Origin: Chitinivibrionales bacterium
Lineage (GTDB): Bacteria > Fibrobacterota > Chitinivibrionia > Chitinivibrionales > WJKA01
Reading direction: 5' to 3'
Length of the DNA: 64,000 nt
NCBI GenBank assembly: GCA_038247415.1
Contig: JBBRUX010000003.1
Coordinates: forward strand, 1-64,000
The notes beneath the pieces were generated by a model that worked only from the letters and a program-made list of their open reading frames with translations, was not told where the DNA came from and searched no databases. The position numbers were made by a program, and so were the translations under genes. Shown in pieces: positions 18,493 to 27,633 of the stretch (the first letter of the stretch is position 1; every line of letters begins with the position of its first letter).

Positions 18493-20916
18493 CTACAGCC
18501 CCATGGTCATGGTTTTAACGGTCGCTATTCCACTTTTAGTAATGGTAACATCAACGGCCCCGCATTCATCTTGTTGGTATACTTCGGTGACTCTGGCAAT
18601 TTCGGCATCTTCACCGTGCTGCTTTGTTTTGGATCCTTGGACGGAACTTATAATGAGTATGTCAGCAATCGATGGAGGAAGTGTTTTTGCTGCGTGTTGG
18701 GTAGATTGGACAATTGCATGTGCGGGAAGGTTCGTGCATGATTGTGCATCTGCGAGCACAATAAAGGTGTGATAAAATAAGCGCAGGTACAGTTGCGGAT
18801 TTGGTTGGATAACCACTGTATCGCTTGTGTATGATGGCGTAAATGTTGACAGGGTACATCCTGGCCACGGAGATGGTCTTAAGTTTTCATCGAAAAATTC
18901 TGGAGAAATTCCATACGGTGCCAAAAACCCCTGATACCCAGTCCTATCCACAATGGGAGAATTTGCTATATAAATATGGGGTTTACATTTGTTCGACAAA
19001 AAAGAACCAAAATCATAATACAGATTGCGTGAAATTCCATTAGTGACGATTGCGCTAACACGGCAGGCCGATTGATGTCGAAGCCAGGGAGCAAGAATAG
19101 AAGCGTAATAATACGAGGCTTCGTCGCTTTTGGGGGTTCCGATAAGCCAGATGGTTTTGCTAGGCCAAACTATGGCTCCCAGGCCTGGGGTTTTGGTTTT
19201 AAAGAGAATGAGTCGGATATCTTCTGAATGCTTGGGTGGCTTCAAAAGTACTATGCCCACGGGGGTGGCGATGATTAGAAAAAAAATGATTGCATAACCG
19301 ATTTTTTTGCGCGGAATAAGAGCGGCAATAAGGATCGCAACAAACCAGAGAACGATCAATTCCCATCGCGGAGTCGAAAGCATTACAGAAGAGAATTCCC
19401 ACGCATTTGATAGTTTTGCTATAGATACTATCCAGTCAAGTGAAAAAGAACAGAGTTGCATGCAGAGCGAAGCTACGAAATCGAGAATTGGGTGAATAAG
19501 AATGGCATAAAAAGTTAGATTCATTGCAAAAGTCATTAAAAGGACTACCAGAATATTCGCAACAATGCCAAAAAAGGATACTGTCCCAAAGTGCATAAGC
19601 AGGACTGGTGCCGTGGCTGCAAAGGCGCACAGCGAAGTTCCTAGTGAAGCGAGGAGAAATTCTATAACAAATCCAAATGGGTGAGTGGGGATAAGTGGTT
19701 TACAAAGAGATGTGAATCGCGGCATTAAAAGCATAAGACCAAGGGTTGCACCAAAGGTGAGTTGAAAACCTGGCGAAAAAAGAGACAGAGGAGACATGAG
19801 CAGCCAACACACTGCTGCAAAGCCAATATTATTGATACCAAAAGACTTTTTTTGAACAAGATATGACGCAAGAACAAGGGTGCACATAATGACTGCACGC
19901 ATAAGCGAGGGCAGTGGACCAACAAGCGGAACCAGCAACCAGATTCCCACGAGTGTTATACTTATGCGAATCGATCTGCCCAGTGGCAATAAAGAAAGTA
20001 TGGCAAAGAGAAATGCTGCAATGAGCGCTACATTAAACCCAGAAATTGCAATAAGATGATAAATTCCAGCGTTACGAAAAAGAGCATTCAGATGTCCCGT
20101 AAGAAGTGTTGTGTCGCCAAGAAAGCAGGCGATCATGAGCCCTTGATATTCGGGGTTTGCAATGTGGTTGAGTGTTTCTTCTATGCTTCGCCTTAGAAAC
20201 GTGAAAAATTTGGGGCCCAGGTGGGTGTTGGCAATAAGCTGTATGCAAATCCCATCGAAGGTTCCATAAATGCCCGATAATCTGCTGTATTGAATGCCAT
20301 CAAAAGAATATGGATTTTCTGGTTTTCGCGGTGGCCGGTAACATCCTGCAAGAATAACCTTCGAATATTGATCGAGGGAGGTAGGTGTGTTTGTTCGGAT
20401 GCGTTTGGGTATTCCCTTAATTTTTATTGTATGCGAGAGTATCGAGTCAACATGAACAATCGAGACATAGCCATGAACCCCTGGTGCGGGTGGTGTTATT
20501 GTACGACCATATACCATAAGCGTATCGGTTCGTTCCGATAATTGGGTCGCACGCTGCAATGTAGTTGTAGCTATAAACGAATCATAAGAAATGCAGCACA
20601 TTCCGGCAATCACTAAAAAGATCGGACGCCAGGTTTTTTGATAGGGGAGAGCAAGAATTATAACACAGATCAGAATTGTGGACAATATCAGGATGGTGGG
20701 GTATAATTGACTGCAAGACGGGTAAAGCCAATCGAGCGGAAAATAGGAGCCGATAAGAATCCCAAGGCTAAGCCAGAGCGCTCCGGTAAATGCATGGTAG
20801 CGCAGAATGAGCGCTAAACGAGGACTGTATTTTTTAATAATTGAGGAATGCATATACTCTGGTTCACAAATGCGTAGATAGATACCCGTGGGGTGGTATG
20901 ATAATCGGTTGCGCAT
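18493..20916 (-). CDS. comEC: ComEC/Rec2 competence protein
   Basis: GIYHLIAISGFNV, PSLMRAVIM, PGFQLTF, many TM segments; start uncertain. Confidence 0.88.
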   Translation of the reverse strand: MRNRLSYHPTGIYLRICEPEYMHSSIIKKYSPRLALILRYHAFTGALWLSLGILIGSYFPLDWLYPSCSQLYPTILILSTILICVIILALPYQKTWRPIFLVIAGMCCISYDSFIATTTLQRATQLSERTDTLMVYGRTITPPAPGVHGYVSIVHVDSILSHTIKIKGIPKRIRTNTPTSLDQYSKVILAGCYRPPRKPENPYSFDGIQYSRLSGIYGTFDGICIQLIANTHLGPKFFTFLRRSIEETLNHIANPEYQGLMIACFLGDTTLLTGHLNALFRNAGIYHLIAISGFNVALIAAFLFAILSLLPLGRSIRISITLVGIWLLVPLVGPLPSLMRAVIMCTLVLASYLVQKKSFGINNIGFAAVCWLLMSPLSLFSPGFQLTFGATLGLMLLMPRFTSLCKPLIPTHPFGFVIEFLLASLGTSLCAFAATAPVLLMHFGTVSFFGIVANILVVLLMTFAMNLTFYAILIHPILDFVASLCMQLCSFSLDWIVSIAKLSNAWEFSSVMLSTPRWELIVLWFVAILIAALIPRKKIGYAIIFFLIIATPVGIVLLKPPKHSEDIRLILFKTKTPGLGAIVWPSKTIWLIGTPKSDEASYYYASILAPWLRHQSACRVSAIVTNGISRNLYYDFGSFLSNKCKPHIYIANSPIVDRTGYQGFLAPYGISPEFFDENLRPSPWPGCTLSTFTPSYTSDTVVIQPNPQLYLRLFYHTFIVLADAQSCTNLPAHAIVQSTQHAAKTLPPSIADILIISSVQGSKTKQHGEDAEIARVTEVYQQDECGAVDVTITKSGIATVKTMTMGL

Positions 20917-21016
20917 AAGACTATTTTCATAAGAAAATACTTATTTGCATTGATCTCATGGTGTTTAATGTTTAATACACTATGCTACTGTTACTATAGA
21001 GGGGTTTGTAGTCCGT

Positions 21017-21949
21017 ATGTGCGAAAACAGTAAATATCGCATCCTTGTTGTGGAAGACGAACCAGAAATGAGATCGATGCTTGTTGATCATTTGCGGGAG
21101 CGTGAGGGATTTATTGCCTTTGAAGCTGAAAATGGACAGCACGCCCTCGATACGGTACTGCGCAATGAGAAGATCGATCTTGTTCTCTCAGATATCAATA
21201 TGCCGGTCATGAAAGGTTTTGAGCTCCTTAAAAATGTTCGGGTTGCCTATCCAACGTGTAAGCGTGTGCTTATAACGGCCTATAATGTAGAAGATTACCT
21301 CGAATTAGCCATTACGCATGATATTGGCAATATTTTCATTAAATCGAATCCATTCAATTTTCGTGAATTATCTATTGTACTACGCAATCTTCTGCGCGAT
21401 GATATCTTTGGTATCGAAAAGCATTTTGCACCGGGAACGCCATCGTGTGTTAGAACGGTTACTAATGGAAACGAACTCGATACTATTGCTCACGATATTG
21501 TCTCACCGATCCCCAGTGTTGTATCTCCCAAAAAGTTTGAGCTTGTGCTTATGGAGATATTGACAAACGCTATCTTTTATGGCATACGGAACGAAGCCCC
21601 CGATAAAAAAGAGAGCTGGGATTATTCTTTTAATCTTGAACCATCCCAAGCTATAGAAGTTCGCATGATGTATGATGCAGAGAAATATGCAGTATCCATT
21701 CTCGACGCGGGCGGTCGTTTAAAGAAGCAGGATGTCCTCTATTGGCTTCATCGTCAGATAGCGCAAGCCGAGAATGGGATGCCTCTTGGTCTTTTTGATA
21801 ACCATGGTCGTGGTTTTTTCATTGCGCGTAAGTTTGTTGACAGAGTTCATATCAATATTAAAAATGATGTTCGCACAGAAATAATTCTGGTTAACTATTT
21901 TAATCCTGTCTATGCCCAGCATAAGCCCCTTTACATTAATGAGCTTTAA
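21017..21949 (+). CDS. Response regulator receiver fused to RsbW-like HATPase domain
   Basis: ILVVEDE, LSDINMP, ITAY receiver motifs; EILTNAIFYG, ILDAGG, HGRGFFI kinase boxes. Confidence 0.85.
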   Translation: MCENSKYRILVVEDEPEMRSMLVDHLREREGFIAFEAENGQHALDTVLRNEKIDLVLSDINMPVMKGFELLKNVRVAYPTCKRVLITAYNVEDYLELAITHDIGNIFIKSNPFNFRELSIVLRNLLRDDIFGIEKHFAPGTPSCVRTVTNGNELDTIAHDIVSPIPSVVSPKKFELVLMEILTNAIFYGIRNEAPDKKESWDYSFNLEPSQAIEVRMMYDAEKYAVSILDAGGRLKKQDVLYWLHRQIAQAENGMPLGLFDNHGRGFFIARKFVDRVHINIKNDVRTEIILVNYFNPVYAQHKPLYINEL

Positions 21950-21982
21950 GGGCAGCGATGTATTTTCTTTCTTTTAAGTGCT

Positions 21983-22915
21983 GTGGTGCAAAGGCTTATG
22001 AACCAATTCGAATCCCGTGTGGGTCCCGATGGAGCCCAAAAAATGCTTGTCTGGTATTATTCCCGTCGATTTACCTATCATACCGAAGCGCAATGGCACG
22101 ATCTCTTGGCTTTGGGGCACATTACTCTTAATGGATCTGTTGTTGTACAGGATTGTCAACTAGCACTCAATGATGGTATAGCATTTTCTCCACCCCCTTT
22201 TATCGAACCACCGGCAGATCTTAAGTATAGTATAATCTATGAAGATCAATGGATTCTTGGTATTAATAAGCCCGGCAACCTTTTAGTGCATCGGAATGGG
22301 CGTTCGGTTACTCATAATCTTATCTATCAGCTGACAAAGGGTAACAATCGAACCTTTCCGGAGGCTGGCCTAATCCACCGTCTCGATCGGGAAACCTCGG
22401 GTGTTATTGTTGTCGCTAAACAAAATCAGTATCTAGCTTCGTTTTCTGAGCTTTTTTTACAGGGCACGGTTGATAAAGAGTACGTTGCTATTGTAAAGAA
22501 TGAACTTGATGCATCCCCGTTTAGGGTAGATGCTCCCTTGGGTCCCGATAGAACCTCGGCTATACCCTATAAGCATGCTGTTGATTACGAGGAGGGCAAA
22601 CCGAGTTGTACAGAATTCGTTCGGATACGCAATCTTGCCCACAATCGATCGTTTGTTTTCGCGCGACCTCACACAGGCCGTACTCATCAGATTAGAGTTC
22701 ATGCAGCAAGCTGTGGACATCCGATTTGTGGTGATCGTCTTTATAGCTTATCCGACGATGAGTATAGGGCAACAGAAGGCAAGCCCCATGAACTCGATGG
22801 TATGAGTCGGCAAGCACTGCATTGCAAAAGCCTTACGTTTACGCATCCCTTTTTGAAATCGAAACTCACCATATCGGCAATGATCCCCGCAGATATGCAA
22901 TCCCTGCTCGAATAA
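21983..22915 (+). CDS. RluA/RluD-family pseudouridine synthase
   Basis: INKPGNLLVH, IHRLDRETSG, TGRTHQIRVH, RQALH. Confidence 0.93.
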   Translation: MVQRLMNQFESRVGPDGAQKMLVWYYSRRFTYHTEAQWHDLLALGHITLNGSVVVQDCQLALNDGIAFSPPPFIEPPADLKYSIIYEDQWILGINKPGNLLVHRNGRSVTHNLIYQLTKGNNRTFPEAGLIHRLDRETSGVIVVAKQNQYLASFSELFLQGTVDKEYVAIVKNELDASPFRVDAPLGPDRTSAIPYKHAVDYEEGKPSCTEFVRIRNLAHNRSFVFARPHTGRTHQIRVHAASCGHPICGDRLYSLSDDEYRATEGKPHELDGMSRQALHCKSLTFTHPFLKSKLTISAMIPADMQSLLE

Positions 22916-23044
22916 ATTTTCCTTTAAAAAAAGCATCCTATTTATGGTGGATTCTCGATGCTTCTCGATACTCTTTGACACATCGGCTCCGATGGAGTAA
23001 AATTAAGGTGTATTATACTGAGACCAAAGGTTTTGTGGCATACT

Positions 23045-24673
23045 ATGGAACAACCGATTACACAGATACTTCTTTTATCAGATGAAACAACGCATAGAGC
23101 AGCCATACGGCAAGCGTTGTCGTTGGTATCCCATATCAAGATTATCGCATACCCAAGCTCCATTATCTATACTCCCGACTTCGAGGAAGTATTCGAGTCG
23201 ATTGCCTTGGTTTTACTAGATTGTTCGGGGAAAAAAGATCCTTTTGATGTTTTTGCCGAGTGCAGCGGGCTTGTTAAAGATGTTCCCATGGCCGTCTGTC
23301 TTGATGTGATAGATCATGACTTTGCAATGAAATGCATTCAAGCAGGTGCACAGGATTGTGTGTGGCTAACAGAATCGCGCGATGGTGTTATGCATCTGGA
23401 AAATCGCATCATGTTTGCCATCGAACGCCAAAGTCTTTTGCTTGGATTCAAATTTGCGCTTGCATCCGAAAAAGTTCTGATGGAAGAGCTTGACAGAAAG
23501 AACAAGGAACTTGTCGAACTTTCGATAACCGATGGGCTGACCGGGCTGTACAATCACCGGTTTATTCAGGAACGATTCGATTTCGAATTCAAACGGGCTA
23601 AACGATATGGTTCTCAATTATCGTGTTTACTAATAGATATCGATCATTTTAAACGGGTCAACGATACATTTGGGCATCAATTTGGCGACCATGTCCTCAT
23701 GGAAATAGGAACCATTCTTAAAGTAAAATCGCGCGATGTGGATATCTGCGGACGCTATGGCGGCGAAGAATTCATGATTATTGTTAGTCTTGGCGCAGAA
23801 GAAACGCTTAAATTTGCCACTAAATTAAACGACTATGTCGACAAGTATCCCTTTTCCTTTAATGGTCAGTCGGTACATGTGACGATAAGCATTGGCGTGG
23901 CCGAGTATTGCGGCGATGTTAAAACACGTCAGGAGCTTATCGAGCGAAGCGATACGGCGATGTATTGGGCCAAACGCGATGGCCGCAACATGATTCGCTT
24001 GTGGAAAGAGATGAGCCCAGAGGATGCCACCGATATCGACCATTTTAGTGTTGACGGGCTAAAAACCGAGTTTATGCGGTTGTCAAATGAGGTGCGTGCA
24101 ACCTACATGGAGTCGACCAATGCGTTGGTTCGCGCTATCGATGCAAAGGATCATTATACTCAAGAACATTCGAACAATGTTGCAGGTTATGCCGTTGCAG
24201 TTGCAAAAGAACTTGCTTTATCTGACAGGGAAATCGAAATAATTAAGTATGCCGGATTGCTCCATGACATTGGAAAAATAGGAATTGCTCAAGACATTCT
24301 GATAAAGAAAGAGCTTCTTACGAATGAGGAATTTGAAATCCTTAAAAAACATCCGGTTATTGGTGCCAATATCTTGCGAGATGTCAAATTTTTAGAAAAA
24401 GAAGTCCCCATAATATTGCATCATCATGAGCGGTTTGATGGAAAAGGATATCCGTATGGGCTCAAAGGACGGGAAATTCCTTTAGGGGCCCGCATTCTTG
24501 GAGTGGTAGATGCGTTCGATGCAATGACAACAGATCGCGGATATCGTAAAAAATTAACTCAGGAAGCAGCGCTTGAAGAATTACAGCGCAGCAGTGGGAC
24601 TCAATTAGAACCAGAAATTGTTGATATTTTCGTGAACCTTCTTGCAAAAATGAGTGCAGCAATAGTTTCGTAG
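23045..24673 (+). CDS. REC-like + GGDEF + HD-GYP cyclic-di-GMP enzyme
   Basis: DGLTGLYN, RDVD I-site, RYGGEEF; HDIGKIG, HHHERFDGKGYP. Confidence 0.93.
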   Translation: MEQPITQILLLSDETTHRAAIRQALSLVSHIKIIAYPSSIIYTPDFEEVFESIALVLLDCSGKKDPFDVFAECSGLVKDVPMAVCLDVIDHDFAMKCIQAGAQDCVWLTESRDGVMHLENRIMFAIERQSLLLGFKFALASEKVLMEELDRKNKELVELSITDGLTGLYNHRFIQERFDFEFKRAKRYGSQLSCLLIDIDHFKRVNDTFGHQFGDHVLMEIGTILKVKSRDVDICGRYGGEEFMIIVSLGAEETLKFATKLNDYVDKYPFSFNGQSVHVTISIGVAEYCGDVKTRQELIERSDTAMYWAKRDGRNMIRLWKEMSPEDATDIDHFSVDGLKTEFMRLSNEVRATYMESTNALVRAIDAKDHYTQEHSNNVAGYAVAVAKELALSDREIEIIKYAGLLHDIGKIGIAQDILIKKELLTNEEFEILKKHPVIGANILRDVKFLEKEVPIILHHHERFDGKGYPYGLKGREIPLGARILGVVDAFDAMTTDRGYRKKLTQEAALEELQRSSGTQLEPEIVDIFVNLLAKMSAAIVS

Positions 24674-24716
24674 CGGATATTTTGGCATAAAGAATGTTCC
24701 AACCAAAGGGCAGAGT

Positions 24717-25061
24717 ATGAAAATCAGAGTTATTGAAGAAAAAAACATTGCTGTGGTAACGGTTGATGGAAGCATATCTCAGGAATGCGTTCCACTCTTT
24801 CGTGTAAAGCTTTTGGAACTTCTCATGGAAGGAAAATGTAAATTAATTTTGGATATGCAGCATACCCAATACCTGAGCAGCATGGGACTTGCGGTACTGG
24901 TTGAAGTAAAAAAGCGCGCTACAGAAGTGAGTGGGGATCTCAAGCTTGCGAGCATGAATTATCTGGTTAAAAATCTGCTTACCATGACAAATCTGATCAA
25001 GAAAATAGAGGCCTTTGATTCTGTAGAAGAAGCTATTGCCGCATATGAATCGGTGAGTTGA
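24717..25061 (+). CDS. STAS-domain anti-sigma-factor antagonist
   Basis: LILDMQHTQYLSSMGLAVLV; DSVEEAI C-terminal motif. Confidence 0.88.
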   Translation: MKIRVIEEKNIAVVTVDGSISQECVPLFRVKLLELLMEGKCKLILDMQHTQYLSSMGLAVLVEVKKRATEVSGDLKLASMNYLVKNLLTMTNLIKKIEAFDSVEEAIAAYESVS

Positions 25062-25084
25062 GTCGGGCTCTGTTTCGTGTAAGG

Positions 25085-25819
25085 CTATCTACCCTCTGCA
25101 AGCCGCGCAATAAGAAAATCTGGTAACCCAGCTTCTCGCATAGCTGCCTGACAATGAGCAATATCGTATTTAACCCGTCGATATATAAATGTAGACGCTT
25201 CGCTATCAAATATGCCATAGCATGCCCGAGTATCTCGATCGCGAGGTTGCCCTACGCTGCCAACATTGATAAGAAACGATGCATCTTTCATCGAGCCAAA
25301 TTTAAGTTGCGCCTCTTGATGAACGTAAAGCTCTTTTTTCTCGTTTACAACCAAAATAAGCGGGATGTGAGTATGTCCAACAAAGCAAAATTGAGTTTCG
25401 AAAAATTGAAAATTATAAGCAGCTTCTTCGAGCGACGTAATATAATGCCACATTTCTGGTTCGTAGGGCGTAGAATGTACAAAGCTTAAGGAAAGCCTGT
25501 TTTCTTTCATGGGAAGAATGCTCAGAAATGAGCGGGCTTCGGCCGTGAGGTGCTCGGTGGTCCATTCGATTGCGATACGAGCGTGGATATTAAAGCCTTG
25601 GGTAGAAAGTGTCCCGAGTGCAGCAGAATCGTGGTTCCCCAAGATTACTAAGGGGCACCGTTCTTTTACCAGCGCCACACATTCCGAAGGATTGGGGCCG
25701 TATCCTACGACATCTCCCAAGCAAATAACTTCATCGATGTCCTGCGATTCGATGTCATCGAATACCGCAGTTAAAGCATCGAGGTTAGCATGAATATCTG
25801 ATATAAGTGCAAGACGCAT
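25085..25819 (-). CDS. Calcineurin-like metallophosphoesterase
   Basis: SDIHAN, GDVVGYG, GNHD, GHTH, NVGSVGQPRD. Confidence 0.92.
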   Translation of the reverse strand: MRLALISDIHANLDALTAVFDDIESQDIDEVICLGDVVGYGPNPSECVALVKERCPLVILGNHDSAALGTLSTQGFNIHARIAIEWTTEHLTAEARSFLSILPMKENRLSLSFVHSTPYEPEMWHYITSLEEAAYNFQFFETQFCFVGHTHIPLILVVNEKKELYVHQEAQLKFGSMKDASFLINVGSVGQPRDRDTRACYGIFDSEASTFIYRRVKYDIAHCQAAMREAGLPDFLIARLAEGR

Positions 25820-25822
25820 GTG

Positions 25823-26530
25823 CTATCCGTTTTCCATATACCTAAAGGTGCTTGTGCCAATTTCGAGTCTGTCTTTGTGTGACAGGCATTGGGATGATGC
25901 TTTTTTACCGTTGATGCGAAGCTTTGCCATGCCAAAAAACTTTTTTGTTGTCAACCAGACGCCATCATCTTTGCGTTCGAGTACAACATACTCAGCCTCT
26001 AAAAAAGGCCCATCTACAAATATGTCATCTGCCTCGGAATTTCCAAGGGAAATGGTGTCTTTGTCTATTTTGTAAACGAGATGCCGGTTTGTTTCGATAA
26101 GAACTGGATTCGATTGAAAAACCGTCTTGGTCTGAATGGCTCCCGCGATCAAATCGGGGAGTGAGGACGTCGGTGAGGGTTCGCCGATAACGTCTGATAG
26201 GAGGGTTGCCGTTTCATTTTTTTGTGCTAGAGCACTGGGAGTTGCTTCAAAAACTAGAATGTGGGTACCCAGAAGAATCCGGTCGCCAGGCGCTAGCACG
26301 ATGGTCCCAGTAATTTTTTTAGTGTTGACAAAAGTGCCATTGAGAGAATTGAGGTCGGTTAATTCGTATGAGCCTTTGTTGTTTTTGGCAATACGGGCAT
26401 GACGACGGGAGATATCCATGCTGGGAATAGCGATCCCATTCTCGGGAAGCCTGCCAATAATAACAGGCAACTCCAGCGATGTGAAGGTCTTTAGAATCTC
26501 GTCGTCTTTATAGAGAAGAAATTGAGCCAT
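25823..26530 (-). CDS. Tandem FHA-domain protein
   Basis: IGRLPEN...ISRRHA...DLNSLNGTFVN canonical FHA; second degenerate FHA; start moved to ATG 26530. Confidence 0.88.
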   Translation of the reverse strand: MAQFLLYKDDEILKTFTSLELPVIIGRLPENGIAIPSMDISRRHARIAKNNKGSYELTDLNSLNGTFVNTKKITGTIVLAPGDRILLGTHILVFEATPSALAQKNETATLLSDVIGEPSPTSSLPDLIAGAIQTKTVFQSNPVLIETNRHLVYKIDKDTISLGNSEADDIFVDGPFLEAEYVVLERKDDGVWLTTKKFFGMAKLRINGKKASSQCLSHKDRLEIGTSTFRYMENG

Positions 26531-26784
26531 AATCGATACCACCTCGTATAAAACAAAATATACAATGGAGCAAATTGAATTCAACAAGAAAGTGCCAACA
26601 AAGAATGGGTGTGTCAAGATTAGGGGCAAGGATCCCTCATTTGAAGAGGGGATAGAGGGTCAAAGGGTAAGCATCCTTTGGAAAAAAGTGGGGAAAATTG
26701 TAATTTCAATCTAAGTGCGATAAGGATATACTATAATAAGTAATTGGACTATTTGAAGATGTTTACGATGTTTATGCAGGAGAG

Positions 26785-27582
26785 GTGTGTTCTTTCATGG
26801 TTAAAATAAGCATACTTGGAAGCCTTCTTATAATGCTTTTGGGCCAAAGCAATGCGCAATCGCTTCTCGAGCGGAAGCAGGCATTGACAACGGTGATTGA
26901 TTCACTCGAAATTGAGCAACAAATTCGAAAGCGCCAGGGCGAGCCGTTTAGTGAATTAGAAGTGCTGTCCCAACGGTTAAAAGATTCGGTATCGGTTCTA
27001 AAACGAAACCTCAGCGAAGGAAGCATTTCAGGAAATCAAGCGACGCCCCTTGTGGAACAAGCTCCAAAACCCGTTCAATCAAATGTAGGCCATCTTAAAA
27101 AATATTTGCCAACGCATTGGCTCGATTGGGCAATTTTAGTTGTTGCAGCATTGGCAAGTCTTGCAGGGCTTGCTCTATTAATGGGGCTCTTTATTTCTTG
27201 GAAGAATCGTGCAAAGTCAAGAGGCGGTAAGGCAAAGAGCATAACGGGAACGCATGAATTTTATCCTAACCTGCACATGGCGAATAAAGAGGTGCTTCCA
27301 CGGGTGGCTTTGGAACCCCAAAAATCAAATGCCGACCTTTCCATGCTTGCTGCACTGCGTCAAAAAGTATCACAAGCTTCTACGCTTACATCAGATGTTA
27401 TTCCCCGTCCCTCTGTTCCTCCCGTAAAAACGGCAAAAAATACGCCTTCTGCATCTGGTTCCCACGCGCATTCTCAGATTCGGGATTTGGCGCAACAGGG
27501 AATGGACCCGGCGCAGATTGCACGCCAATTGCATATGAGTATCGACCAGGTTCAGCTCATTCTTCGATTGTCACAACGATAA
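26785..27582 (+). CDS. Membrane protein with C-terminal HTH (DUF2802/DUF6115-like)
   Basis: Signal peptide, coiled coil, one TM, C-terminal IRDLAQQGMDPAQIARQLHMSIDQVQLIL. Confidence 0.7.
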   Translation: MCSFMVKISILGSLLIMLLGQSNAQSLLERKQALTTVIDSLEIEQQIRKRQGEPFSELEVLSQRLKDSVSVLKRNLSEGSISGNQATPLVEQAPKPVQSNVGHLKKYLPTHWLDWAILVVAALASLAGLALLMGLFISWKNRAKSRGGKAKSITGTHEFYPNLHMANKEVLPRVALEPQKSNADLSMLAALRQKVSQASTLTSDVIPRPSVPPVKTAKNTPSASGSHAHSQIRDLAQQGMDPAQIARQLHMSIDQVQLILRLSQR

Positions 27583-27633
27583 TCGATGTGAGCATGCGAG
27601 CTCGTGTCGCATGCTCACGAGAGGGAGGAATTC

